The notes under the pieces are model-generated. The model was not told the origin of the DNA. It was given only the letters and a program-made list of their open reading frames with translations, and did not search any database. 64,000 nt of DNA from Lentisphaeria bacterium (GTDB lineage Bacteria > Verrucomicrobiota > Lentisphaeria > JABSQK01 > JAWLHB01). The translations under genes were made by a program, and so were the position numbers. Below, piece after piece: positions 1-9,800 of this stretch (position 1 is the first letter of the stretch; the number at the start of each line of letters is the position of its first letter). The stretch is from the NCBI GenBank assembly GCA_041690595.1, contig JAWLHB010000019.1:76335-140334 (forward strand). Direction: 5' to 3'.

Positions 1-590
1 GTGATGAAGAGTCCGTTCGGCGAATAGCGCAGGGCCCAGTCCTGGCGCCGGAGTGCTTCCTCGTACTGCTGACGTTCGGCCTCGGCGCGCTCCAAGCGCA
101 GGAACCTGCCGATGCTCCTCGCCATCAGCTCGATCAGCTCGTTCCCCATCTCGTGAATGCCTTCCGGGCGCGGCTTGCGCGAGTTGAAGTTCAGCGTTCC
201 ATAGAAGTCGCCGTTCACCAGAATCGGCGTGCCGATATACGACTCCAGCCGCATGGCCTGATAGACCGGGTGCTCCCGCAGCTGCGCGTCCTCCCCTACG
301 TGACGGTAGGTGATGGTACGCCTTTCCCGCGCCACCGCCGCGCAGTAGGTCGCCGTCAACTCATACACGCTGCCCACCTGAAGCTCCGCCAGATCCGACT
401 TCACGGCGTGAATGATATAGCGGTCGCCATGAATCTCGCTGATGATACCCGTCTCCATCCGAAAGAGTCGACAGCCGGCAGCAAGATGATCCTCGAACGA
501 TTCGCGGCTTGGGGCCATCTGGTCGAGATTGAACCGACGCAGCGTCTCGGTAAAGGAGATGAAGGGCGACTTGTCAGGCTCGTTCGGCAT
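1..590 (-). CDS. GAF-domain sensor protein, likely followed by PAS; runs off left edge (partial)
   Basis: Hand translation from ATG at 590: MPNEPDKSPF...GCRLFRMETGIISEIHGDRY...TYCAAVARERRTI...HPVYQAMRLESYIGTPILVNGDFYGTLNF, a typical GAF signature. Open to the window edge; not in the ORF track. Confidence 0.8.
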   Translation of the reverse strand, partial: MPNEPDKSPFISFTETLRRFNLDQMAPSRESFEDHLAAGCRLFRMETGIISEIHGDRYIIHAVKSDLAELQVGSVYELTATYCAAVARERRTITYRHVGEDAQLREHPVYQAMRLESYIGTPILVNGDFYGTLNFNSRKPRPEGIHEMGNELIELMARSIGRFLRLERAEAERQQYEEALRRQDWALRYSPNGLFI

Positions 591-623
591 GGCGCGGCCA
601 GCCTTGGCGGAAGGTGGAAGGTT

Positions 624-1898
624 TCAGGGCCGGATTTCTGCTCCTGCCGCGGCAGAAGCAGCTTCGCCCGGGACCAGTATCAGAACACCGAGTTGTTCCC
701 TGATCTCGTCGATAGACGGACGATCCCGCGGCTCTTCCGCGCACATGGCATCGATGATTCGCGCCAGGGGAGCGGAGATATGCGGCATCGCCTCCCGCAG
801 CGGCTCCGGGCGACTGGTGCGCCGCTGCTCGATGATCTCCAGTGGTGTACCGTAGTAAGGTATGTCCGGACAGAGCAGGACGTAAAGCGTCAACCCCAGT
901 GAATAGATATCCGAGCGCACATCCGGCGCTGCCTCGCCCGCCAGAATTTCCGGCGCCACGAAGATCGGCGTGCCGAGCACCATGTCGTCCTCCGCCAGCA
1001 GATGGTCCTGGTACGACTTGGCCAGCCCGAAATCGATCAGCTTGATCTGACCACCTTCCGTGATCATGATGTTCCGCGGACTCACGTCCCGGTGCACCAG
1101 GTGGCGGTCGGCAAAATACTCCAGCACCCCTGCTATGTGATAACCGATACTTGCAACCTGAGACTCTGGCAGAACCCCGTACGCCACCAGAAGATCCTGC
1201 AGCGTCTCCCCATTTACGTGCTCCATCGCCAGGTAAAAACGCCCGCTCGGCGCCTTGCCGAAATCCTTCAGTTCCACGATATTCGCATGGTGCAGCTTCG
1301 ACATCTGATACGCCTCCCGCAGAAAGCGCGCCATCATGTCCTCCGCCTGGTACGAACGCAGGAAACCCAGATTGTAGATCTTCAGCGCCACCGGCGCCGA
1401 CTCCGGCTGCGTGATGTCCCGCGCCAGCATTACCGTGCTCGAACAGCCCGCCCCAAGCTTGCTCCGCAGCTCGTAACGACCCGCAAAAAGCTGCGTGCCA
1501 TTGCCAAAGCCGTTAAGCTCACCCAGCGCATGCCGACTGAAGATGCTTCCGACCTTCGCCAGCAATTCCGTCGGACGAAACGGCTTCACGATGTAATCCA
1601 CCGCGCCCAGTTCCAGCCCTGCCACGATCGACGCCTCCGTCTCATCGCTCGACACAAACATGAAGGGCACCTGCGCCGTCTGCGGCAGCTGGCGTATCTT
1701 CTCTGCCAGCGTCAATCCGTCCGTATCGGGCAGCCGCATGTCGATGATGATGAAATGCGCGATCTCCTCATTCAGCAAGGCGAGCGCCTCGGCACCCGTG
1801 GTGCAGCCGCGCACCAGATAGCCGCGCTCGCCCAGCAGCGCCACATACATCTTCTGCAGGATCGAATCGTCTTCAACGCAAACTATTGTTCGCTGCAT
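624..1898 (-). CDS. Receiver domain fused to Hanks-type Ser/Thr protein kinase
   Basis: N-terminal REC (VEDD, IIIDMRLPD, IVKPF). Kinase motifs LGAG, VALK, HRDVSPRN, DFGLAK, GTPIFVAPE, SDIYSLG. Confidence 0.92.
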   Translation of the reverse strand: MQRTIVCVEDDSILQKMYVALLGERGYLVRGCTTGAEALALLNEEIAHFIIIDMRLPDTDGLTLAEKIRQLPQTAQVPFMFVSSDETEASIVAGLELGAVDYIVKPFRPTELLAKVGSIFSRHALGELNGFGNGTQLFAGRYELRSKLGAGCSSTVMLARDITQPESAPVALKIYNLGFLRSYQAEDMMARFLREAYQMSKLHHANIVELKDFGKAPSGRFYLAMEHVNGETLQDLLVAYGVLPESQVASIGYHIAGVLEYFADRHLVHRDVSPRNIMITEGGQIKLIDFGLAKSYQDHLLAEDDMVLGTPIFVAPEILAGEAAPDVRSDIYSLGLTLYVLLCPDIPYYGTPLEIIEQRRTSRPEPLREAMPHISAPLARIIDAMCAEEPRDRPSIDEIREQLGVLILVPGEAASAAAGAEIRP

Positions 1899-1929
1899 GC
1901 GTGTGCCTCCCCCCGGGGCATCGCGGCGC

Positions 1930-2322
1930 TCATTCCTGCCGCGGCCGTGCGTTGCCTGAGCTCGGATTGAGTTGGGCGCGCCAAGCGTTCAGCGCATCGC
2001 GAAAGGCAGCAAACTCTGCCGTCAGTCGTTCGAGGTCGGTGGCCAGACCATCCGCCTTGTGCTGCTGCGCCTGCAACTCGATCGCCTCCGCGATGGGTGC
2101 CATGCGCAGCGCTCCCAAGCTGCCGATTCCCGAACGCATGCTGTGGATCGAGCACTGCACCGCGTACAGATCCCCTCTGGAAAGGGCTTCCTGCGCCGCC
2201 TCGAGCTGCTCCGGCGTCAACCTCAGAAAGGTATCGATCAGATGGCTGATCGTCGTCCGGTCGCAGAACTTGCCGAGCTCCTCTAGGATCTCGACATCGA
2301 CTACTGCAGAAGGTGATGCCAT
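1930..2322 (-). CDS. Hpt (histidine phosphotransfer) domain protein
   Basis: 130 aa helical protein with IHSMRSGIGSLGA, matching the HxxKGxxxxxGA-type Hpt box. Confidence 0.85.
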   Translation of the reverse strand: MASPSAVVDVEILEELGKFCDRTTISHLIDTFLRLTPEQLEAAQEALSRGDLYAVQCSIHSMRSGIGSLGALRMAPIAEAIELQAQQHKADGLATDLERLTAEFAAFRDALNAWRAQLNPSSGNARPRQE

Positions 2323-2375
2323 GTGAAAAATCCGGCGGTCGATTGACGGTGGCTTCGGGATTGGCTGACTGGCCT

Positions 2376-2403
2376 AATGTAGCCCTCTGCGTCCGTTTGT
2401 CAA
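2376..2403 (-). promoter_or_regulatory. sigma70-type promoter of the Hpt-kinase-GAF operon
   Basis: Minus strand TTGACA-N16-TACATT, about 54 nt upstream of the Hpt ATG. Confidence 0.6.
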
Positions 2404-2473
2404 CCGGAGCTGTTATTGTGAGCCTCCTGCCGAATCCCGTCGCCGCCTCATTTCCGCCGCCTTCATACCTCCC

Positions 2474-2524
2474 AAAAAAAGGAGGCGCGGCCGGTGGAGA
2501 GAGGAGGGGGACCGGCCGCGCCTT
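2474..2524 (-). terminator. Rho-independent terminator
   Basis: Minus strand GGCGCGGCCGGT-loop-ACCGGCCGCGCC followed by TCCTTTTTTT, just after the stop at 2542. Confidence 0.85.
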
Positions 2525-2541
2525 GTGGGAAGATAGCCGTC

Positions 2542-3738
2542 TTATTCTGGCTGCGAAACAGCTCTGTTCATGCCCAGCGCCGTCTTCATGCCCATCAGGC
2601 TGTAGGAGGTGGCAAGCTCCGGCATCGATTCCATGAAGCGGCCATTGCTGTTTGCCCACGACCCGTCCGGATGCTGCAGGGCCATGTATTGCTTGAGGAC
2701 TTCCTCACGCCACGGATGCGCCTTGCCGGCCTTGTCGGTAAGGATCTCTTCTCCATAGGCATCAAAAGCCCGCGTCATCACGTAAAGATAGTAGTAGAGC
2801 CCCTGCAAGCCCATGCCCGGATTCTCGCTCAAGGTCCAGTTGCGCATCAGGTAGTCCAACGCTCCCCGCACCCGCACGTCCTTGCGGTCGACCTGCGCAT
2901 GCAGAAGGCTCATCAGCCCCGCATACGTCATGCTCCCCGAGCTGACCAGGCCCGACTGCTCGTCCTCGCCGCGGCTCCCAGCCTTGCTCTCGAACGGACG
3001 ATACACAAAGCCCCCACGATCCTCCTCCGACTCGCTTACGTACGACTCCTTGTTGACCTCCGGCAGGTTCTGGCACTTGGTCAGGAAGATCGCGAACTTC
3101 TCCCACATCTCCCGCGTGCGAGCCTCTGCCTCGGGATCCTCCCGATCCAGGTGGTCCGTATAGTGCAGCGCCGTGGTCGTCCAGGAGGCATTCGAAAGAT
3201 CCGCCCGTCCCGTCTTCCCGTAGCCGATGCCGCCATAATCGACGCTCGACGGATCGTTGAACTGCGACCGCTGCAGGTACCGTCTCGCCGCGAGCATCGC
3301 CTCACGATCTTCGGGCCGATTCAAGGTTGCCAACGCCATCAGCGCGATGGAGGTGGTATAATTCGGATAGTTGGCGCTGCTCGTCTGGCTCCACTCGGCC
3401 GGATAGATCGAGCCATCCGGCTGCCGGTAGCGCATCACGAACGCGATCGCCTTCGTAGTCGCCGCGTCCACCTCGGCCGGATCGAGCCCTGGAGCTTCGT
3501 GAATGCCCATGGCACACAAGGCCGCGATCGCCGGATGCGGATTCTTGTACTTGCCCCAGGATCCGTCCTCGTTCTGCAACTCCATGAGGTAACGGGCACC
3601 CGCCGCCACTCGCTCCTGAGCCAGCGTTCGTACTTCCTCCGGAAGAATGCCCGCCACCGGCTCCTCGCCACGCAAACCTCCCGCCAGCAGCCACAACGCA
3701 CCGCAGATCGCCGAACATAACCGCATCGACCCTTTCAT
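2542..3738 (-). CDS. Secreted prenyltransferase/squalene-oxidase repeat (alpha/alpha barrel) protein
   Basis: Signal peptide and QW-like repeats LQNEDGSW, RQPDGSI, LQHPDGSW. No DXDD cyclase motif. Confidence 0.8.
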   Translation of the reverse strand: MKGSMRLCSAICGALWLLAGGLRGEEPVAGILPEEVRTLAQERVAAGARYLMELQNEDGSWGKYKNPHPAIAALCAMGIHEAPGLDPAEVDAATTKAIAFVMRYRQPDGSIYPAEWSQTSSANYPNYTTSIALMALATLNRPEDREAMLAARRYLQRSQFNDPSSVDYGGIGYGKTGRADLSNASWTTTALHYTDHLDREDPEAEARTREMWEKFAIFLTKCQNLPEVNKESYVSESEEDRGGFVYRPFESKAGSRGEDEQSGLVSSGSMTYAGLMSLLHAQVDRKDVRVRGALDYLMRNWTLSENPGMGLQGLYYYLYVMTRAFDAYGEEILTDKAGKAHPWREEVLKQYMALQHPDGSWANSNGRFMESMPELATSYSLMGMKTALGMNRAVSQPE

Positions 3739-3783
3739 CTCACTTCCCCTCCAATGAATGAATTGCTGCCAGACTCCATTGCC

Positions 3784-3812
3784 AATATAAAGTCTTTATA
3801 AATACTGCGCAA
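3784..3812 (-). promoter_or_regulatory. Putative promoter with overlapping palindromic operator
   Basis: Minus strand TTGCGC-N17-TATATT. Palindrome TATAAAG-T-CTTTATA at 3786-3800 overlaps the -10. Confidence 0.5.
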
Positions 3813-3825
3813 GCAATTTCCCACA

Positions 3826-4287
3826 TTAATCCTCTACTTTCCTTACGGGAGGCTCCAGATAGGGCAGGCCGGCAGCCTTGACATCCTCGGCATGGGCCCG
3901 ATCCACCTTCCACTTCCTGTACGCATGCAGATCCCCCTCGATCATCATCAGGCATGCGGCCAGGATTGCCCCATCATCCAGCCAGCCGACGAGAGGGATG
4001 AAATCCGGCACCAGATCCAGCGGATTCAGCACGTAGAGCAAGGCCGCCACCACCGCCGCAATCGCCCGCCACGGTATCTGGCGATACCTGCCGTTGGCAT
4101 AATCCTGCACCAGGGCAAGCAGCATCTTGCCATCGCCGATGAAGCGCCCCAGCGGACCGCTGGACCGAAATCGCTGCTCGATCAGATCCGCCTTGTCGAC
4201 CACCTCTTTCAGGTTGTCCTTATCTACTCTTCTGCGATCGCTGTCGAGCCGCTCGCGCGCCCGCCGACGTGAAAAAGGAGAAAACAT
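3826..4287 (-). CDS. YkvA / DUF1232 family membrane protein
   Basis: Signature ALLYVLNPLDLVPDFIPLVGWLDD. Confidence 0.9.
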   Translation of the reverse strand: MFSPFSRRRARERLDSDRRRVDKDNLKEVVDKADLIEQRFRSSGPLGRFIGDGKMLLALVQDYANGRYRQIPWRAIAAVVAALLYVLNPLDLVPDFIPLVGWLDDGAILAACLMMIEGDLHAYRKWKVDRAHAEDVKAAGLPYLEPPVRKVED

Positions 4288-4316
4288 CCTCTACCTCCTG
4301 GTTGTTGATGAACTGG

Positions 4317-5246
4317 TCACTCCGTCACCCGTTCTTCCGTGTACTGGATACGGACAGCGCCGGGCGATGGCTCGATCGGTTTGCCATGCCGCTTCGCCCA
4401 CGCCTCGGTGAATTCGGCTCCAAAGAAGACAATCATGGCGGAGTAGTATACCCACAGCAGGATGATGGCCAATGCCGCCGCCGCACCGAAAACTTCCCCG
4501 GGATTGCTCCGCCCAATGTAGAAACCGATGATGAACTTGCCACCCACGAAGAGCAGCGTTGTAAAGAAACCTCCCACCCAGACATCTTTCCACGCCACCT
4601 TCACATCCGGCAACACCTTGTAGATCGTCGCGAAGAGCAGCGTCAGCACCCCCAGGTTGATGACCGTGTCCAGTGTCCAGAGCGTCACTGTCGACAGGGT
4701 GCTCGGCAGCAGCGCCGAGATGCGGCCGCTGAAGGCGCTGATCAGCGAGCTGACGATCAACATCACCAGCATCAGAAAGGCGATCGCCAGCACCATACCC
4801 AGTGAGAAGGTCCGTTTGATCAGCATGTTCCGGATCCCGCCACGTTCCGGATCCGGCTTCACGCCCCAGGACGTATTGAGCGCTGTCTGCAACTGCACAA
4901 AAGCTCCGGTTGCGCCGAAGAGCAAGCCGCCGATGCTCAACACGAAACCCAGCGAAAAGCCAAACTGCAGCCGCTCCTTCGCATTGGCGATCATCGCCTC
5001 GATCTGCTCCGCCGCGGTAGCGCCCAGCATCCCGCCCACCTGCCCCTGCAGCCACTCCTGCACCTGCGCCTCGGTGATCACCGCACCCGCCAGCATCACG
5101 ATAAGCACGAGCACGGGTGCCAGCGAAAAGATCGTGTAGAAGGCCAGCGCCGCCGCCATCCGCGGGCAATTATTCTCCAGGAACTGCACGAAGGTCTGCA
5201 CCAGAACATTCCGCCGCTTCTCACCGTCATGACCATCTGCATTCAT
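4317..5246 (-). CDS. YihY/virulence factor BrkB family membrane protein
   Basis: AAALAFYTIFSLAP, LQTALN, IYKVLPD, LLWVYYSA..FFGAE; multiple TM helices. Confidence 0.92.
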   Translation of the reverse strand: MNADGHDGEKRRNVLVQTFVQFLENNCPRMAAALAFYTIFSLAPVLVLIVMLAGAVITEAQVQEWLQGQVGGMLGATAAEQIEAMIANAKERLQFGFSLGFVLSIGGLLFGATGAFVQLQTALNTSWGVKPDPERGGIRNMLIKRTFSLGMVLAIAFLMLVMLIVSSLISAFSGRISALLPSTLSTVTLWTLDTVINLGVLTLLFATIYKVLPDVKVAWKDVWVGGFFTTLLFVGGKFIIGFYIGRSNPGEVFGAAAALAIILLWVYYSAMIVFFGAEFTEAWAKRHGKPIEPSPGAVRIQYTEERVTE

Positions 5247-5444
5247 CTCTTAAACTAACCTTCTTCCCTCGCTTCCTGCAACCAACCTTACCCGGTCACC
5301 CTCCCCCGCCTTGCCACGCCCAGGGATAACGTAAAAGTGAATGTAGTGGGAGTAATATGGTTGGATTCCGGCCCTCGCAGCGCCTCTTGGAACTGCCGGT
5401 TAAGAATCAGCCTTGTCGCGCTGCTCCGTCCCTTCGCTCAAGAA

Positions 5445-6854
5445 TCAGCCATGGACGCGACTGGGCAACACAGTGGGATAGCATCCACGCTTCGGCCACT
5501 CATGGCCCCGGTCAGCTTGGGCCGCAAACCAGTCTATCAACCTTGCGCGCATGTCGGAGATTATCGCTTCCACGCCGCGGTCGCCATGGCATAGGTTATT
5601 CAGCTCATGGGGATCGTTGTGCAGGTCGAACAACGTATCCATGTCTTGATCCGGGTATCGCGTGTAGGCGTAGCGGCTGTCGCGAATCCGATACCGCCCG
5701 GGCTCGGAATAGGTGACAACGAAATCGTCCCAGCCCGGTGCCTCTCCACTGAGCAACGGCAACAAGCTTCGGCCTTGACAACTGTTGGGAACGGAAAGCC
5801 CGGCGGCCTCGAGCAACGTTGGCATCAGGTTGACGCTCCCCGTAAATCGGTCACACACCCCCGGCGCCAGATGCTCAGGCCAGCGCATCAGCAACGGCAC
5901 CCGCATATCGGCTTCACACGGCATATAGCCTTTGTAGAAAAGGTGGTGATCGCCCAGCAGATCACCATGATCCGCGGTGAAGACCACCAGCGTGTTGTCC
6001 GCCAAACCCTTTGCGTCCAGCGTGTTCAGCAACTCGCCGACCCACTTGTCGATCAGGGATACGTTGCCGTAGTAGTACGCGCGGATCTGCGCCGCCAGGT
6101 CATCGTCGATGGCGGTCAGGTTGATATGCTCGATGCCATAATCGGAGGCTTTGCATTTCGCGCTGGCCGGCAGACGGTCCAGTTCCCCCTCCCGGGCCAC
6201 ACGCGGTGGCATCTCTTCGGGGCGATACATGGTGTCATAGGGCGCAGGCGGATCGAAAGGATCGTGTGGACCGCTGAACGAAACCCACAGAAAAAAGGGA
6301 TCCGCCATGCGTTCATGGAGCATGTCGACCCCGCGTTTGCCGACCCAGCCGTCGAGATGATCGTCCTCGTGCAGCGGCGAGGGCATCGCCTTGCACGCTT
6401 TGCCGAAACCGGGGGTGTGATGCCCGATGTGTTGCCCGAACAGCCCCTTCTCCTTGAGCATCCGGCTATAGTCATCGTCATCATAGCCTTCACCGGTTAC
6501 CCGGAAATCGAAACCCCACAGGGCGTTCCAAGGGAAAAAGTGCATCTTCCCGACGCCCATGGTATGGTAGCCGGCGTCCGCGAGCCGGCTCATCAGCGTC
6601 GGGGTGCCCGGACGCAGAAAATGCTTCCCGGAGGTATTGATGGCGCCGTGCGTGTGCGGATACTGACCGGTGATCCATGTGGCGCGCGAGGGCACGCAGG
6701 CGGAGGCACTCGTGTAGCTGTGCGTGAAACGCATCCCCTCTGCCGCCAACCGATCCAATGCCGGTGTGCGGATGATCTCATTCCCATTAGCCCCGACACA
6801 ATCCCAGCGCTGTTGGTCGGTGGTGATCAATAGAATGTTGGGCCTCGTCTTCAT
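5445..6854 (-). CDS. Cys-type formylglycine sulfatase (S1 family)
   Basis: RPNILLITTDQ, CVPSR (CxPxR), GKMH, GPHDP, FTADHG, LFDLHNDPHELNNL. Confidence 0.93.
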   Translation of the reverse strand: MKTRPNILLITTDQQRWDCVGANGNEIIRTPALDRLAAEGMRFTHSYTSASACVPSRATWITGQYPHTHGAINTSGKHFLRPGTPTLMSRLADAGYHTMGVGKMHFFPWNALWGFDFRVTGEGYDDDDYSRMLKEKGLFGQHIGHHTPGFGKACKAMPSPLHEDDHLDGWVGKRGVDMLHERMADPFFLWVSFSGPHDPFDPPAPYDTMYRPEEMPPRVAREGELDRLPASAKCKASDYGIEHINLTAIDDDLAAQIRAYYYGNVSLIDKWVGELLNTLDAKGLADNTLVVFTADHGDLLGDHHLFYKGYMPCEADMRVPLLMRWPEHLAPGVCDRFTGSVNLMPTLLEAAGLSVPNSCQGRSLLPLLSGEAPGWDDFVVTYSEPGRYRIRDSRYAYTRYPDQDMDTLFDLHNDPHELNNLCHGDRGVEAIISDMRARLIDWFAAQADRGHEWPKRGCYPTVLPSRVHG

Positions 6855-6894
6855 CTTTCGGTAATCCTTCGAAAAACTGTGCCAGCGAACGCAG

Positions 6895-9800
6895 TCACTT
6901 CAAATTCTCTTGAGTCGATTTCTCCGCGATCACATAGCGGAATCCGCTCTTCACCCAGTCGCGCACCTGGGGCGGGTTGATAAATCGCGTAGCACTGCGG
7001 TGGTAACTCTCATCCCAACTGCTGTCGCCACCCCGCAATACCTTCATCTGTCCGCGCTCGGGCCCCGTTGGATTGGCATCCGGAGAGATCTTGTAGTAAT
7101 CATGGTCATACCAGTCGGCGACCCATTCCCACACGTTCCCGGCCATCTCCTCGACTCCGTATGGGCTTACCCCTTGCGGCGAGTTGCCGACGGGGTACAT
7201 GCCAGTCTTGAACTGGTACTTCGTCCGTTCCATGCCCACGGCGCACGCGGGATTCCAGGTATCGCCCCACGGATACACGCGACCGTCCGTGCCGCGAGCC
7301 GCTTTCTCCCACTGAGCTTCGGTGGGCAGTTGCGCCCCGGCCCACTTGGCGTACTCGTCAGCCTCGAACCAGGACATCAACGCCGGATAATCATCCTCAG
7401 ACGCGTCCGGATCGAGCCGCATGTCCTGTCCCCACGGCATATCGGGCATCTTCTGACCCGTTGACTGGATGTAGCTCTTGAACTTCCCGAGCGTGACGGG
7501 AAATCGGGTGATCCAATAGCCATCGAGGAAGATCGTGCGTTGCGGCCACTCGTCCGAACCACCCACTCCCGGTTTGCTGCCACGAAGAAAGTCACCGGCG
7601 GGAATCCAGACCAACTCGGCCCCGTCCCGTTCATTGACAGCGGTGCCTTCGCCCGTGATCAGAATCCGCGGCGATTCCCTCACGGTTTCCGGCTCAAGTT
7701 CGCGCTCCGGATTGAAACCCGCCCGATTCGCGACCGCTTCCACACGCACCGATTGAGGTGGCAAGACTATCCGGGTCGCCTCCTTCGTCACAGGCTGCGG
7801 TTTGGCCTGCAGCTTGACCAGCAAGCTTTTCTCGCGCGGCATCGGCTTCAACGTGACAGCTTCATAACCATCCACCGTCGTCAGTATTACAGCCTCCAGG
7901 CCGTCACCCCGGTCGAAACGTATTTCCAAATCACCGTCGCTGACATCGATCGGCACGACCGTCTCTTCGGTGGTCGAAACTGCCAGCACCGCTTCGAAAG
8001 CACTTTCCTGGTTGTCGCCGCCAGGCGCGCGTTTACCCACCGCTTCATCCTTCGCACCCCGGATCGAACCGAGCTTGATGTCGGAAAAGGTGATCCGCTT
8101 TCTGGCGCCCGCCTTGACGATGACAACCTCCGCGACCGCATGGTCGGGCATCGCCAGCCGCCAATGCGTGCTGAACCGCCGCGGACGTTCCAGGTAACTG
8201 CTGCGCGGCCCGCCTTTCTGCTCGAACTCGCGCTCGATTTTCAGCCCTCCACCTGCCTCGTCTAACGAAACCGTCCGGGTCAAGTCACCCCGCGGCCAAT
8301 CCCAGCGCCCCGGCTGCAAATCGACTTTCGTCACGACCTTCTCCGGGGTGGACTCAACTACGGAGTAGAACTGTCCATACGTGGCCGGGAACAGATCTTC
8401 GTAGCCCATTTTATTACCGAACGCCGCGAACACATCCGTCTTGCTCGGCAAGTGGACCAGACTCGTGATCTGGCCTGCCAGATTGGGGACGATGTCCGCC
8501 TTGAAGGCCTGGTTGTGCAGACGCTCCAACAAACCGCCATTCTGGCGTTTGTAGATGGTGCCCGGGCCGCGGTCATACACCATCACTTGCCCAAGCAGGT
8601 GGCGAAGAGGTTTCACCACGCCTGGATCGCCGCCGTGCACCATCCACAGTTCCCCGGTCGCCGGATCCACCGCCGGTGCCAGCCGTTCACTGCGGTCAGC
8701 AGCATGCCCCACCAGAACATCGGCAACACTGGTGGCATAGGCTTCCTGAACATGCTGCAGATAAACCGGGTTCGATTCCGTGGCGGCCAACGCCTCGGCC
8801 CGGTCAAAGAGCGCGGCCATCTGTTCGGCGACTTCAGGCGTAAACAGCTTCTGGCGGCTTATGCGCGGCCAGCTTTGCCAGCGTACGGTAGGGGCGCCAT
8901 AGCCACTCTCGCGCCGAGCCTGATCGACATAGGTCAAATACTCCCACAGCACCGGTGCGGCCTTCTCCCCGTAGTAGGTGCGCAAGAACTCCTTGGTCGC
9001 CGCCGCCTCGTCGGTGTCCGGATTCCACAACATCCGGTGCCACACATAGTTGTACAGCCAGCTCCAGTTGAAATTGTGGGTGCGCGAGGCCACATGCAGA
9101 CCCGATACACCCTGCCGATCCATGAAGCGGATGTTTTCGCAGTGCGGAAACAGCGTCGGCCATTCGCTGTACTCGCCATTTCCCGGATCCAACCCATCCC
9201 AGTGATAGACCGTGACCCGGCCGGGTGCGACTTTACACCAGTCGATCAGCGCCTTCTCGTAATCCCGATTGGCAGGGTTGTTCTCGATCAGATTCAGCTG
9301 GTCGCCAGCTTGATTCTGCGAGAGCGAACTGGAGACCACGTTGATCCACAGCTTCTCGTGCGGCCTCATGGTTTTCGGGGGCGGCAGCGTATCGAAATAG
9401 GCGAAGGTGATCAACCCCTTGTCCGGATGGCTTCCCGAGGCGATCTCAAGCACCCGGTTCAACAACAGGACAAACGGCGCCGCCTCCGTTCCTTCGGCTC
9501 GCACCAGAGCCCGGCATTCATCGCACAGGCACGGGGTGAAGCCGTCCCCCTGCGCGGCCGGAAATACCTCCGTCTCCGGATATTTTTCAATCAACCCGAC
9601 AAAGTGTTTGGCGAACTGTTTGGCCAACTCCGCGTTGGTGGCGCACAGGCCGAAGGCCCAGTCCGGTTGGCGCGTTCCGTCCGCCTTCAAAGGATACCAT
9701 TCGGGGTGCGTCTCCGCGAATTGCGCGGGTGGGGCGTACTCGTAGAAGTTGTGCTTCGCCGTCAGCGTTTCCACCGGCAGTCCCCCAGCGCGCTGACGGT

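Noticed and set aside
2542..3738. Squalene-hopene or sterol cyclase
   Set aside because: Too short, single barrel, has a signal peptide and lacks DXDD/DCTAE.
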